A DNA stretch of 64,000 bases from Desulfatiglandales bacterium (GTDB taxonomy: Bacteria; Desulfobacterota; DSM-4660; Desulfatiglandales; Desulfatiglandaceae): NCBI GenBank assembly GCA_963666345.1, contig OY762721.1, forward strand, positions 992,001-1,056,000, in the 5' to 3' direction. The position numbers and the translations under genes are program-made. Shown piece after piece: positions 52,291-62,027 of the stretch. Below the pieces are notes generated by a model. That model did no database searches, was not told where the DNA came from, and worked only from the letters and a program-made list of their open reading frames with translations. Position 1 is the first letter of the stretch; the number at the start of each line of letters is the position of its first letter.

Positions 52291-53418
52291 TTAACCGAGA
52301 ATAGCCAAAAAAACCCCGGCAGCAACTGCCGAACCTATTACACCGGCCACATTCGGTCCCATGGCCGCCATGAGCGGATTGACCCTTCCCTTTGTACTAC
52401 CCGACACATAAACCTGAACCACCCTTGCCGCCATGGGCACGGCAGACACACCGGCCGCCCCTATGCATGGGTTTATCTTTTTACCGGAAGGCAGAAAGAC
52501 GTTCATAAGCTTTGCGAACAGCACACCGCCCGCCGTACTGAAACCAAAGGCGACACCGCCCATGACAAGTATGCTTATGGTATCAAAGGTGAGAAAATGT
52601 TCGGCATCCATTGTCGCGCCTACCACAAGACCCAGGAATATGGTTACGATATCGATCAGGGCACCGCCGGCCGTCTTCTTGAGCCTCTCGGTAACAGTAC
52701 ACTCTCTGAGAAGATTCCCAAACATAAGCATCCCGATAAGAGGTGCGCTTGAGGGAATTGCCAGAGAGGCGAGGATACCGGTTGTGATCGGGAAAATAAT
52801 CACTGCCCTTTTAGATACAGGCCTTGCCTGGGGCATGTCTATTTCCCTCTCTTTTTGGGTTGTAAAAAGCCTCATTATGGGAGGTTGTATGATAGGAACC
52901 AGCGACATATAGCTGTAGGCCGCAACCGCTATCGGTCCCAGAAGATGAGGCGCCAGTTTGCTCGACAGAAATATGGAGGTAGGCCCGTCAGCTCCGCCGA
53001 TGATGCCGATAGCGGCCGCCTCTTCAGGCGTGAACCCGAAGATATAGGCTGCTCCAAGGGCCGCTGTAAATATCCCCAGTTGTGCGGCGGCACCAAGCAG
53101 AAATGTCATGGGTCTGCCCAGAAGGGGCCTGAAATCTGTAAGCACCCCGACTCCCATGAAAATAACAGGGGGAAGCAGTTCGGTCTTTATTCCCATCCTG
53201 TAGATGAGATTCATGAGACCGTCCATATGCGCCCCCATCTCCCCAAGAGGCAGGTTGGCCAGGATAGTACCGAATCCGATAGGAATCAGCAGAAGAGGTT
53301 CATATCCTTTTCTTATGGCGAGGAAAATGAGAATCCCCGCCACTATGAACATTGCTATGTTGCCCCAGGTCAGATTGGCAAATCCGGATTTCGTTATAAG
53401 CTGAACGATAGTTTCCAT
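52291..53418 (-). CDS. oadB: Na+-translocating decarboxylase beta subunit
   Basis: YEPLLLIPIGFG, IGIIGGADGPT, IAVAAYSYM, AGVSAVPMAARV, MGPNVAGVIGS. Confidence 0.93.
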   Translation of the reverse strand: METIVQLITKSGFANLTWGNIAMFIVAGILIFLAIRKGYEPLLLIPIGFGTILANLPLGEMGAHMDGLMNLIYRMGIKTELLPPVIFMGVGVLTDFRPLLGRPMTFLLGAAAQLGIFTAALGAAYIFGFTPEEAAAIGIIGGADGPTSIFLSSKLAPHLLGPIAVAAYSYMSLVPIIQPPIMRLFTTQKEREIDMPQARPVSKRAVIIFPITTGILASLAIPSSAPLIGMLMFGNLLRECTVTERLKKTAGGALIDIVTIFLGLVVGATMDAEHFLTFDTISILVMGGVAFGFSTAGGVLFAKLMNVFLPSGKKINPCIGAAGVSAVPMAARVVQVYVSGSTKGRVNPLMAAMGPNVAGVIGSAVAAGVFLAILG

Positions 53419-53421
53419 GAA

Positions 53422-55287
53422 TTATGCCTTTTTTGAAATAGTAACAATCGGAGTTGTAGCATCCACTTCATCGCCAATTTTCGCATTCACCGCACTTACA
53501 ACACCTTCAACAAGGGTCTTTATGTCATGGGTCGCCTTCATGGCCTCGACCTGTGCAACGGCCTGCCCCTCGGTAACCGTGTCTCCCACCGCCACGAGTA
53601 TGTCTACCAGATCGACTGAACCTGCGAACGAAGAGTAAACAGCCTCTTCCTCACCGCCTGCAGGAGCCGCCGCAGGTGCTGCTGCCGCTGCGGCAGGGGC
53701 CGCGGATGCTGCTGCTCCGGATGCCTCGATGGTTACCATGAAAGTCCTTGTGGCCTTGCCTTCCTTTACAATGCACTTGGAGGTAACCGGCCCTGTAATA
53801 GCCTGGACTGCTGCAGGAGCCGCCGCCTTTACTTCGGCAGCCTTGGGTTCTTCTTTCTTCTTGAGAGGGACATCCACCTTGCCGTTTCCAAGGAGGAACT
53901 TGAGTCCTTCATTTGCCGCCATCTTCTTGCCTGGCACCATCGCGGAGACCACGAAGAAGATGTTTTCCTCTGTGAGGGGAAGGTTGTTTTCCTCAAGGGC
54001 CTTCTTTGCCTCCGGGATCGGGTCGGAAACCTCGGCAAGAGGATCACCTTCAAAGGGTTCGATCCCCAGTTGATCCGCCGCCTTTTTGACGACATCGGGA
54101 TCAGGCGGCAGAGGCGGCCTTCCGTAATAACCAAGCACTGCCCTTCCGTAACCAGCCTCTATCTTCTCCCATCTGCCGTACATGACATTGTTGAATGCCT
54201 GCACCCAGTACTGCTGACTTCCGGGAGTAACGCTCGTCCATGCGCCGCCCGCCTCCACAACAACGGGGAACTCGGCCAGCACCTGGCTGTATTTGTCAAG
54301 AAGTCCAGCCTTCACCATCATATGGACGTTAGGTCCGATTGCTCCTCCCGGCATTGGAAAACCAACCACGCGGGCATCTGCGCTCGTGGTTACCGGATTG
54401 AAGGCATAGTCCTTCATCAGGTCGTTCAGCATATCCTCGATCATCTGCATCTTGGACACATTGATATTAAGGGAATAACCGGTTCCCCTGAGCGCGTGAG
54501 CCATTGAGCGTACGTCAGGCTGACAGGTCCCGCTTGCCAGAGGACGCACGGAAAGATCCACGGCATTTACCCCGCCTTCGATGCCAGCCACCATCTGTGA
54601 TACGGCCATGCTCGCGGTATCGTGAGTGTGCAGCCACAGATCCATATCAGCAGGCATATATTTTCTTATTGCTATGGCGGTTTCGTAACATGTCCTGGGA
54701 TCGGTTGTTCCACTTGCATCCTTCATACAGATGCTGTCGACCTGGATATCTGATTCAAAGAGCCTTTTCACGATATTTGAATAGAATTCGGCGTTATGCA
54801 CCTTGTCCGAATGAAATGGCAGTCCCATCATGGACACGCACACCTGATGATGCATTCCTGCCTTGACAATGGGCCGGCCTGTCTTGACCAGGTTCTCGAC
54901 ATCGTTCATGTAGTCGAAATTCCTGTCATAGGTCGTACCGTATTTGGCCATCAGCTTTGCCTGCAGTTCCAGGACCTCAGGGGTCTGCATGGTCAATGTT
55001 ACACCGGATACCGACCTGGTAAGGATCTGAAGATCGATCCCGGGCCCCACGGCGTCCTTCATCGCCTGCATGGTCTCAAAAGGGCTCTCGTTAAGGTAGA
55101 AAAGGGGTGCCTGATATCTTGCACCGCCACCGAATTCAAAGTGTTTTACCCCCGCCTCCTTGGCAGAGGCGATCATGGCCGGCAGATAATCGTTGAGTCT
55201 TACCTTCCCGCCGAAAGCACTCTGAAGACCGTCTCGGAAGGGCATGAATTGCGTCTTTATTTCCTTGGGCTTTTTCGTATAAATCAT
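53422..55287 (-). CDS. oadA: oxaloacetate decarboxylase alpha-like subunit (carboxyltransferase + biotin carrier)
   Basis: FRDGLQS, KDASG, LHTH, MPGG, SVTPGSQ; Ala/Pro linker; EAMK biotinylation site. Confidence 0.85.
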   Translation of the reverse strand: MIYTKKPKEIKTQFMPFRDGLQSAFGGKVRLNDYLPAMIASAKEAGVKHFEFGGGARYQAPLFYLNESPFETMQAMKDAVGPGIDLQILTRSVSGVTLTMQTPEVLELQAKLMAKYGTTYDRNFDYMNDVENLVKTGRPIVKAGMHHQVCVSMMGLPFHSDKVHNAEFYSNIVKRLFESDIQVDSICMKDASGTTDPRTCYETAIAIRKYMPADMDLWLHTHDTASMAVSQMVAGIEGGVNAVDLSVRPLASGTCQPDVRSMAHALRGTGYSLNINVSKMQMIEDMLNDLMKDYAFNPVTTSADARVVGFPMPGGAIGPNVHMMVKAGLLDKYSQVLAEFPVVVEAGGAWTSVTPGSQQYWVQAFNNVMYGRWEKIEAGYGRAVLGYYGRPPLPPDPDVVKKAADQLGIEPFEGDPLAEVSDPIPEAKKALEENNLPLTEENIFFVVSAMVPGKKMAANEGLKFLLGNGKVDVPLKKKEEPKAAEVKAAAPAAVQAITGPVTSKCIVKEGKATRTFMVTIEASGAAASAAPAAAAAAPAAAPAGGEEEAVYSSFAGSVDLVDILVAVGDTVTEGQAVAQVEAMKATHDIKTLVEGVVSAVNAKIGDEVDATTPIVTISKKA

Positions 55288-55289
55288 TT

Positions 55290-55511
55290 TTACCTCTTAC
55301 CTCCTCCTACTTCCTCAATCTTGGTTATTTTTGTCCCTGGATGCACATATGCATAGGCCGAGCCTATGGCGGCGACAACAGCGGGATCGGTTCCATTCTT
55401 TTTCTCGGGGAAAACGGCTATAAGCAGGCGCATCGCAACAGCCAGAAAGACAAGCACCGCAAATACCGAGACAAAAGACGAAATGCAAATCATAAAAAGA
55501 TTCGCTTCCAT
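55290..55511 (-). CDS. oadG: decarboxylase gamma/delta subunit
   Basis: Single TM helix + DPAVVAAIGSA; immediately upstream of oadA. Confidence 0.75.
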   Translation of the reverse strand: MEANLFMICISSFVSVFAVLVFLAVAMRLLIAVFPEKKNGTDPAVVAAIGSAYAYVHPGTKITKIEEVGGGKR

Positions 55512-55733
55512 TTATAACACCTCATTAAATCAATTTATTAAAAGTTACGGTAAACAGAATACTATTTTACTTTCCAGAGACTAGGCATATATTATCTAAT
55601 CAAAACCTTGTCAAGGCTAATCTCTATCACCGGCTGACGATCCGGATATGCCGCACTGTGCTACACTCCTGTAAGGGGCCGCAACACAACACCAACTGCA
55701 GGCCTTATTACTCCTAAGCCTTATTCATGTTTA

Positions 55734-55881
55734 TGGTCAAATGGTAAAACCACTTAGATTCACTACAGCAAGAAGAAATAAAAATCAAGCATTTTATATC
55801 GAATAAATCATAAAAACATGGGAGTTAAAGCTGAACATGGACAACATGGCTCTGAGGCGTTTTGGTCAAATGGTAAAACCA
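55734..55881. promoter_or_regulatory. two identical FadR-type operators
   Basis: 19-bp TGGTCAAATGGTAAAACCA at 55734-55752 and 55863-55881. Confidence 0.75.
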
Positions 55882-55903
55882 AATAGGCCGTCTCCATTTA
55901 ATG

Positions 55904-56031
55904 GCAAATATCATGCCACATTCCATTGTCTTTTTCCAATCCATTAAATTTACCAAAAAACAAGGTCTTCCCGTCAAAAAGGAAAGACCTTGAAAGGACT
56001 TTTCGTGTCAATTTTTTTTACACAATGTAAA
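55904..56031 (-). promoter_or_regulatory. sigma54 promoter + upstream element for oadGAB
   Basis: TGGCATGATATTTGC (55904-55918); tgtcaattttttttacacaatgtaaa (56006-56031), 22/26 identical to 49769-49794. Confidence 0.75.
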
Positions 56032-56053
56032 CTTTCATAACTGAAACCTTACC

Positions 56054-57916
56054 CTATGCCTGATTTTCCTCTGGAGGAAATGTCATTGCCATGGCAAATT
56101 GAGTGGGAAAATCCCTTTCTTCCGCCAGTTCCAGGAATCTTATCGATGGAACCAGCCCTTCAGCGATCTTCCTATGACTCCTGTTCAGCAGGGCCTTTAT
56201 AGCACCGACTCCTGCTGCATTTTCCACTACCTCCACCCTGGAAAAGGCCTTTGCATCAGGAAGCATCCCGATTGCCACAGCATTACGCCAGTCAAAACGG
56301 GCACCAAAGGCCCCGGTAAGGACTATCCTGTCGATATGATTCACATTCGCGTTTTTCATGAGCATCTTTATGCCGGTGGCAAGCGCCCCCTTTGCGAGCT
56401 GGATCTGCCTTATATCGGTAAGGGTGATGGAGATTTCCTTTCCCCCCTGAGATTTTTCGGCAGGTACCAGGATGAATTGCCGGCCTATTCCCTTTTCATC
56501 CGTGATAACCCCTGGCATACCCTCCTTTAACCTGCCGCTCGGAAGCATTATGCCGTTTCTGAGCATTTCGGCTACCGAATCGATAATGGCGGACCCGCAC
56601 AGGCCTCTGGGCCTGTCCCCTTCAGGCTCGCCCAGCACTTCGTAGGATACCCTTAATGAATCAGGGTCTATCCCCAGTCTGTGAATCGCACCCGAAGACG
56701 CCCTCATGCCGCACTCGATCTGGGCACCCTCAAGGGCCGGCCCGGTCGCGCAGCTTGTCACCCACAGGCCCTTTCTGTTTCCAAGCACAATTTCACCGTT
56801 TGTGCCGATATCCACAATAAGAGATATATCGTCCCTCTCATAAGGCCTTTCAGAGATAATTACGCCCATTGTATCCCCGCCCACAAAGCCGGAGATCATC
56901 GGAAAAAAATGGACATTTGTACCTGGATTCAGACCAAGCCCCAGATCAGAGGCCGTCATATCCTCGATAATTCTAGCTACAGGGAAATATGGAGCAAAAC
57001 CGAGGCCGTTAAGATGAATGCCGGCAAAGGCCTGCTGCATGGTGGTGTTTCCAACCACAGTAACCTCGTCCACATCCTCCCTTTCTGCTCCGGCCTTTTC
57101 CAGGCACCGTCCTATTATCTCGTTTATTCCCTGAGTGACCGTCTTATGGAGCATCTCCATACCCGATTCATATTCATTGGCGTAACTTATCCTGCTGATC
57201 ACATCCTCTCCGTATCTTCTCTGAGGATTTGCAGTGGCTGATGACGCCAGAAGCTCACCTTTTGCGAGATCACATAGATAGGCGGCAAGCGTGGTCGTCC
57301 CGATATCCAGGGCAACCCCGAGAGACCTCCTCCTGTCACCCTTTAAGACGGCCGTCACACCCCTTTCAAGATGGTTTACAACTGTTATGTCATGATTGCA
57401 GACAAAGGGGCTGCTTACGGACCTTAATGAGTGGACCTGCCTGAACTCGACCTCTTTACCCGTTTCTTTTTTCATTCTCCGGCGGACACGCCCGACAAGA
57501 TCCATTGCCCCGTCTTCCTGGGCTTCCCTGCTTCCTGAAGCGGGGAGAAAAAGTCTTTCAATCATCGGATCAGGGGTGAAATTACCGGATATACCGGTCT
57601 TGTAGCCAGCCTCTCCGCTGTCGATTGACCCACTCGGTATGGCAATGTTTACCGGCCCATTTACCTTTGCCTGGCACGCGAGACGATATCCGTCGTCGAC
57701 CTGTTCCTGCTTTAAAAACCGCATTTCCTGTTCCGAAAGCCTTGAGAGATTATCAGGCTGATTCACCGCTACAAGGCATTTTCCGCACAGCCCCTTTCCC
57801 CCGCAGTCGGAACGGATCGGTATGCTGTTATCAGAGGCGATTTCAAGAATAGATTTTCCAGGTTCCACATCAAGTGCAACGCCCATAGGCTCAAAGACTA
57901 CTCTACAGTTATGCAT
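56054..57916 (-). CDS. ASKHA-type reductive activator of corrinoid proteins (RACE/RACo-like) with N-terminal [2Fe-2S]
   Basis: CGGKGLCGKC...RLACQ, DIGTTT, YGEDVISRI, GFVGGD, DIGTNGE, GLCGSA, LTGAFG. Confidence 0.92.
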   Translation of the reverse strand: MHNCRVVFEPMGVALDVEPGKSILEIASDNSIPIRSDCGGKGLCGKCLVAVNQPDNLSRLSEQEMRFLKQEQVDDGYRLACQAKVNGPVNIAIPSGSIDSGEAGYKTGISGNFTPDPMIERLFLPASGSREAQEDGAMDLVGRVRRRMKKETGKEVEFRQVHSLRSVSSPFVCNHDITVVNHLERGVTAVLKGDRRRSLGVALDIGTTTLAAYLCDLAKGELLASSATANPQRRYGEDVISRISYANEYESGMEMLHKTVTQGINEIIGRCLEKAGAEREDVDEVTVVGNTTMQQAFAGIHLNGLGFAPYFPVARIIEDMTASDLGLGLNPGTNVHFFPMISGFVGGDTMGVIISERPYERDDISLIVDIGTNGEIVLGNRKGLWVTSCATGPALEGAQIECGMRASSGAIHRLGIDPDSLRVSYEVLGEPEGDRPRGLCGSAIIDSVAEMLRNGIMLPSGRLKEGMPGVITDEKGIGRQFILVPAEKSQGGKEISITLTDIRQIQLAKGALATGIKMLMKNANVNHIDRIVLTGAFGARFDWRNAVAIGMLPDAKAFSRVEVVENAAGVGAIKALLNRSHRKIAEGLVPSIRFLELAEERDFPTQFAMAMTFPPEENQA

Positions 57917-58044
57917 TTATTTATTCCCTTTAAAAACATCTTCCCTCTTACAGTATAGATGTGAAAAATTGTGGCTATCCTCTAATTTATTTGGTTAAAA
58001 TAGGTCCCAGGGCTCCAGGATTCGAAGGTTCAAGTGGATGATGT

Positions 58045-58743
58045 TCAATCCAGAAACATATCCGCGTTTATCTTCTCCCCCGGCCTGATGCGAAAAAAAT
58101 AGTCATCGCCGTAGGGTCCCCCCAGTATTTTTCTGAAATATTCAAGGCTTGTTGCGGGAATCTCTTCATATTCCTTCTGAAAAAACTCGGCGTTTTCCTT
58201 TGCCCTTCTGCGGATTCGGGCCATATCGGACAAACCGGTCTGTATCAAGCTTATGTGGGTGTAGTGTTTAAGCTGCTCCTTCATGGCCCAGACAGCCTTT
58301 TCCCTGCCCATCCTGGGGGCGTAATCATTTTCTATAAGACCTAGCGGATCCTTTTTCTCGGAAATCCATCCGGGCGTGAGATAATAGGTGCCTGGTCTTT
58401 CGGAAAATGCCTGGCTGTAAGCCCCGGGAGACCCCAAAAAAAGCCCCACGCAATCATGGCACCGCGGGACAAAAAGGTCCTGTTTTACTGCCTCAACCCC
58501 CACTATACCCATTGAGCAGAGCCCGTAGCCTAAAACGATGTATGTGGCGTATCCGGAAGAAAGATCGACCTGTTCCTGTATGAGGCCGGGCATCCTTTCA
58601 GGCGTGAGGTGCAGGTTCTGATCAAGATATCTTATCTCCACACCTTCATACTCATCAAGGAGCGCGCCAAGCTCCCTTTCAATCGACCTGCAGGCCACTA
58701 CCACAGGCCGGTATTCAGCATCAAAAGGTATTTTTTTATTCAA
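58045..58743 (-). CDS. DUF1638 family protein
   Basis: VVACRS, LGYGLCS, PRCHDCVGLFLG, GTYYLTPGW. Confidence 0.85.
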   Translation of the reverse strand: MNKKIPFDAEYRPVVVACRSIERELGALLDEYEGVEIRYLDQNLHLTPERMPGLIQEQVDLSSGYATYIVLGYGLCSMGIVGVEAVKQDLFVPRCHDCVGLFLGSPGAYSQAFSERPGTYYLTPGWISEKKDPLGLIENDYAPRMGREKAVWAMKEQLKHYTHISLIQTGLSDMARIRRRAKENAEFFQKEYEEIPATSLEYFRKILGGPYGDDYFFRIRPGEKINADMFLD

Positions 58744-58774
58744 CTTTATTTCCCAATTCTAAAACCGCTCAATC

Positions 58775-60076
58775 TTATTGTCGGTCAAGGTTTCTCTTTT
58801 TGATGATATCGGAAATCCCGGGAAGATTTCCCTTTTCGTCAAACGGCAGGTCAAATGCCCCATCATAGACTTCGATATCATCTCTATTTTTCATCTCTTT
58901 TGCCAGTGCGCCTGAAACCGCCATCAACTCCATTGAAAGGGTGTTGCTTATCCATGCGACCTTTACCGTTTCCGGGCTCCAGAGCCCGATCGTGTCGAAG
59001 GCGGCCTGAAGGGCATCCCTGTCAGAGGAAAGAACCATCGGTATGCGTGCCTTTTCAGGGGCGACCGCAGTGATACAGTTGGTGTTGACCGCCTTGAAAT
59101 CTATTTTTTCATATGCCCTTTGCGTGGTATAATCGGCAAGACCTATGCCTGTGGCGTTCCCGGCGGTCCTTTCCGTAAGATCCCTTACAACGATCCTTGT
59201 AATTCTGGGAGTCGTGCATTCCTCCTCATAGATGTTCATTATCCTGCCGATCACCTTTGTATCCATTCCCGCGCCTGAGATGTCCTTGCCGATTTCATCC
59301 ACAAGGAGAATGTCGAGGTCTTCGACAGGAAGTTTTGACCGGTACTTCTTCGACTCTTCAAGCAGCTCAGGCTCTCTTTCAAAGACCTCGGAGGCCGGAA
59401 CCACCTCCAATTTCGCCAGCCTGTTCGTATGATCCTCTATGATCGCAACACCCGCCAGGATATTGAGATTTTTGAAAAGACCTTTGCTTATCTCCTGAAT
59501 GGCCTTATAATAGGTGATGTTTACGGCAAGTTTATGCATGATCTCGGCTCCCGCATGCCTGCCTAATCCCACAACCGCCATCTTGAGAAGGCCCGATTCT
59601 GTCTCGCCGATATATTCGGTATGCACCTTTACGCGGTTTACGATCAGGATATGATCCGCCTCAGCCACGACCCTGTCCACGTAAAGGGGGACATCGTCGA
59701 GCACGGTGCCGACCCGGACTGTCTCCATATCGGAATAGACAGGGGCGCCGATACTGTCTTCCGTAATACCTAGATGTGCCAGCACCTCTACCTGAAGATT
59801 AGCCTCTCCCCTTCCGTGACTCCCCATGGCAGGGAAAAGCAGGGGCACGCCCCCCGCCTTTCGCACCTCTTTTACGCAGCCTCTGAGCACATCGACCATG
59901 CAGCTTATGCCGCGACTCCCGGCTGTTATAAGGACCTTGTCCCCCTTCTTTATCTGGTTAAGCAGGCCGGTCCGAATGAACTCCGATCCAACGGATTCTT
60001 CCGCATTCGCTTCTCTCCCCGGTTCGAACGCCTGTCTTATGATCCCGAATTCAGGATATGAATCACATTTTTCCAT
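58775..60076 (-). CDS. LarA-like (lactate racemase domain) protein
   Basis: ITAGSRGI, PAMGSHG, NRVKVHT, ESGLLKM..VGLG, IGKDISGAGMD. Confidence 0.75.
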   Translation of the reverse strand: MEKCDSYPEFGIIRQAFEPGREANAEESVGSEFIRTGLLNQIKKGDKVLITAGSRGISCMVDVLRGCVKEVRKAGGVPLLFPAMGSHGRGEANLQVEVLAHLGITEDSIGAPVYSDMETVRVGTVLDDVPLYVDRVVAEADHILIVNRVKVHTEYIGETESGLLKMAVVGLGRHAGAEIMHKLAVNITYYKAIQEISKGLFKNLNILAGVAIIEDHTNRLAKLEVVPASEVFEREPELLEESKKYRSKLPVEDLDILLVDEIGKDISGAGMDTKVIGRIMNIYEEECTTPRITRIVVRDLTERTAGNATGIGLADYTTQRAYEKIDFKAVNTNCITAVAPEKARIPMVLSSDRDALQAAFDTIGLWSPETVKVAWISNTLSMELMAVSGALAKEMKNRDDIEVYDGAFDLPFDEKGNLPGISDIIKKRNLDRQ

Positions 60077-60138
60077 TTCCTCATCCCGCCTTTCTCAAAC
60101 CTATTAATATAGAAGGTAAAAGGTCTTTTCACGTTCCT

Positions 60139-60933
60139 CTATTCCAATCTCCCGTCCCTGAACGCGGTTATGTATGCCATGCAGAAATCATCCTTTCCCA
60201 TAACCGCGAGAGCGGCCTTAAGGGACCCGAAAAGCTTCCTGTCCGTGGGATCAAGGATCGCGGAATCAAGTCCGTACGCGATAGCCGTGACAAGAAAGGT
60301 CCTGTTCACAAGCTTTCTTTCAGGTATTCCGTAAGAGACATTCGTGAGCCCGCATGTGGTATGTACGCCCGGATGATTTTCCATTATACCCTTGATCGCG
60401 GTAACCGTGTAAAGGGCGGACTGAGGATTTGTCGAAACGGGATAGACAAGCGGATCGATATAAAGATCTCCTATAGGCACCCCGGCGGCAGTAACTTTTT
60501 CCACCAGCTCGGCCGCCATTTCCGTCTTCTCTTCAACCGATTCGGCCATGGTGTCTTCCGACTGGCAAAGGCCGATTATCTTTGCCTTTTTCTCTACGAC
60601 CAGAGGAAGCATGCCTTCAAGGCGGGCTGGTTCCAGGTTGATCGAATTTATCATGGGCGGTTTTTCCACAAGGGGCAGGACCTCCCTGATTACCTCCGGG
60701 TCCGGGCTGTCAACTGAAAGGGGCTTGTCCGTAACCGCCTGTACCGCCTCTATCATCCACTTGAGATGCTCGGCCTCCTGTCCCACAAAGGTGCCCGCAT
60801 TAACATCTATATAGTCGCCTCCTGCGGCGTCCTGTGCCTTTGCCTCATTCTGGATAAACTCCACATCGTGAGCCTCTATGGCCCTGGCTATTGATTTACG
60901 TGATGAATTGATTCTTTCCGCTATGATAAGCAT
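60139..60933 (-). CDS. methyltetrahydrofolate:corrinoid methyltransferase (AcsE-like, pterin-binding)
   Basis: MLIIAERINSSRK, IDVNAG, SVDS, INS, IDPL, GLTNVSYG, SAILDP. Confidence 0.92.
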   Translation of the reverse strand: MLIIAERINSSRKSIARAIEAHDVEFIQNEAKAQDAAGGDYIDVNAGTFVGQEAEHLKWMIEAVQAVTDKPLSVDSPDPEVIREVLPLVEKPPMINSINLEPARLEGMLPLVVEKKAKIIGLCQSEDTMAESVEEKTEMAAELVEKVTAAGVPIGDLYIDPLVYPVSTNPQSALYTVTAIKGIMENHPGVHTTCGLTNVSYGIPERKLVNRTFLVTAIAYGLDSAILDPTDRKLFGSLKAALAVMGKDDFCMAYITAFRDGRLE

Positions 60934-60971
60934 TACCTTCCTCCTGATAGATCCTTGTTTTTAATAAATTC

Positions 60972-61982
60972 TCAATAACCGTCCCTGCATGCGGCAACTA
61001 TCGCCTTGAGATTCTCGATAGGGGTTGCAAGAGGGATGGCGCACTCAGGGCCTATGATATCCACACCAGCATCGATTGCGTATCTCGCCTGTTCATAGGC
61101 CTGATCAGGTGTGCCGTCATAGAGGACCTGGGCGTTATTTACGCAGCCTGCAAGCGATATCCTGTGGCCCACCTTTTCGACGGCCAGTTTCGCGTCCACC
61201 TGCCACTCAAAGTGATACGCGTCGAAACCCGCGTCCGCGAAAAGCTCGATTCGATCGGCACAGTTGCCGCACACATGGAGGATGAGCGGCCCCTGAATCT
61301 GCGCGGTCATCTCCTTATGGATCGGGAGAAGTATTTCCTCATAATGTTTCGCGCTTACCAGATTCCCGGTAGCGTGATCCGCGAACACGACCATATCCGC
61401 CCCTGCCTGAAACTGTGCGTTTATCGAGGCTATGGTGGCAGGCATGAGCTGTCTGAGCATCCTGTCCACCTTCTCAAGCTCACCCATGCCTATCTGAAGC
61501 AAAAAATTCTGGGTACCGGCCATGTGATATGACAGGGTCCAGGGTCCCATCGCCTTACCTATAATCGCTACCCTGCCCCCTACATGCCTCCGCAGTATGG
61601 AAATGGCGTCCAGCACCACCCTCATTGAGGGCCTTTCAAGGAAATCTTCAGGGACCTCTATGTCCGAGAAATCCTCGTAAAGGAAATTCTTGCAGTCAGG
61701 CATCTTGTCCCTGTCGCCCCAGTCCACTTCCGCGCCAAGGGCAGAGGCCTCCTGGTCAACACTGTATTCGGGCATTACGCTGTCAAATCCGATCAATTCG
61801 TGTCCGGCCAGGGCAAGTTCAGCCATGGCTTCAGGATTCAGATGGGCCTCGGGAAAGGAAATGCCCGTTGCATCCATGAGGTCATGGCATGCTATCGAGG
61901 TTGGATTGCCCGCAGGCGGTCTTTCGCCCTTTCTTCCACCATAAAGGGCCGACATCATCAGATTATAGGGTGTGGATTTCAT
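60972..61982 (-). CDS. MtaA/CmuA family corrinoid methyltransferase (URO-D fold)
   Basis: FPEAH, MGPWTL, Zn ligands LHVCG and GPEC. Confidence 0.88.
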   Translation of the reverse strand: MKSTPYNLMMSALYGGRKGERPPAGNPTSIACHDLMDATGISFPEAHLNPEAMAELALAGHELIGFDSVMPEYSVDQEASALGAEVDWGDRDKMPDCKNFLYEDFSDIEVPEDFLERPSMRVVLDAISILRRHVGGRVAIIGKAMGPWTLSYHMAGTQNFLLQIGMGELEKVDRMLRQLMPATIASINAQFQAGADMVVFADHATGNLVSAKHYEEILLPIHKEMTAQIQGPLILHVCGNCADRIELFADAGFDAYHFEWQVDAKLAVEKVGHRISLAGCVNNAQVLYDGTPDQAYEQARYAIDAGVDIIGPECAIPLATPIENLKAIVAACRDGY

Positions 61983-62027
61983 CTATGTTTCCTCCTGACT
62001 TCACTTTGCAAATGTATCATTTTATAC

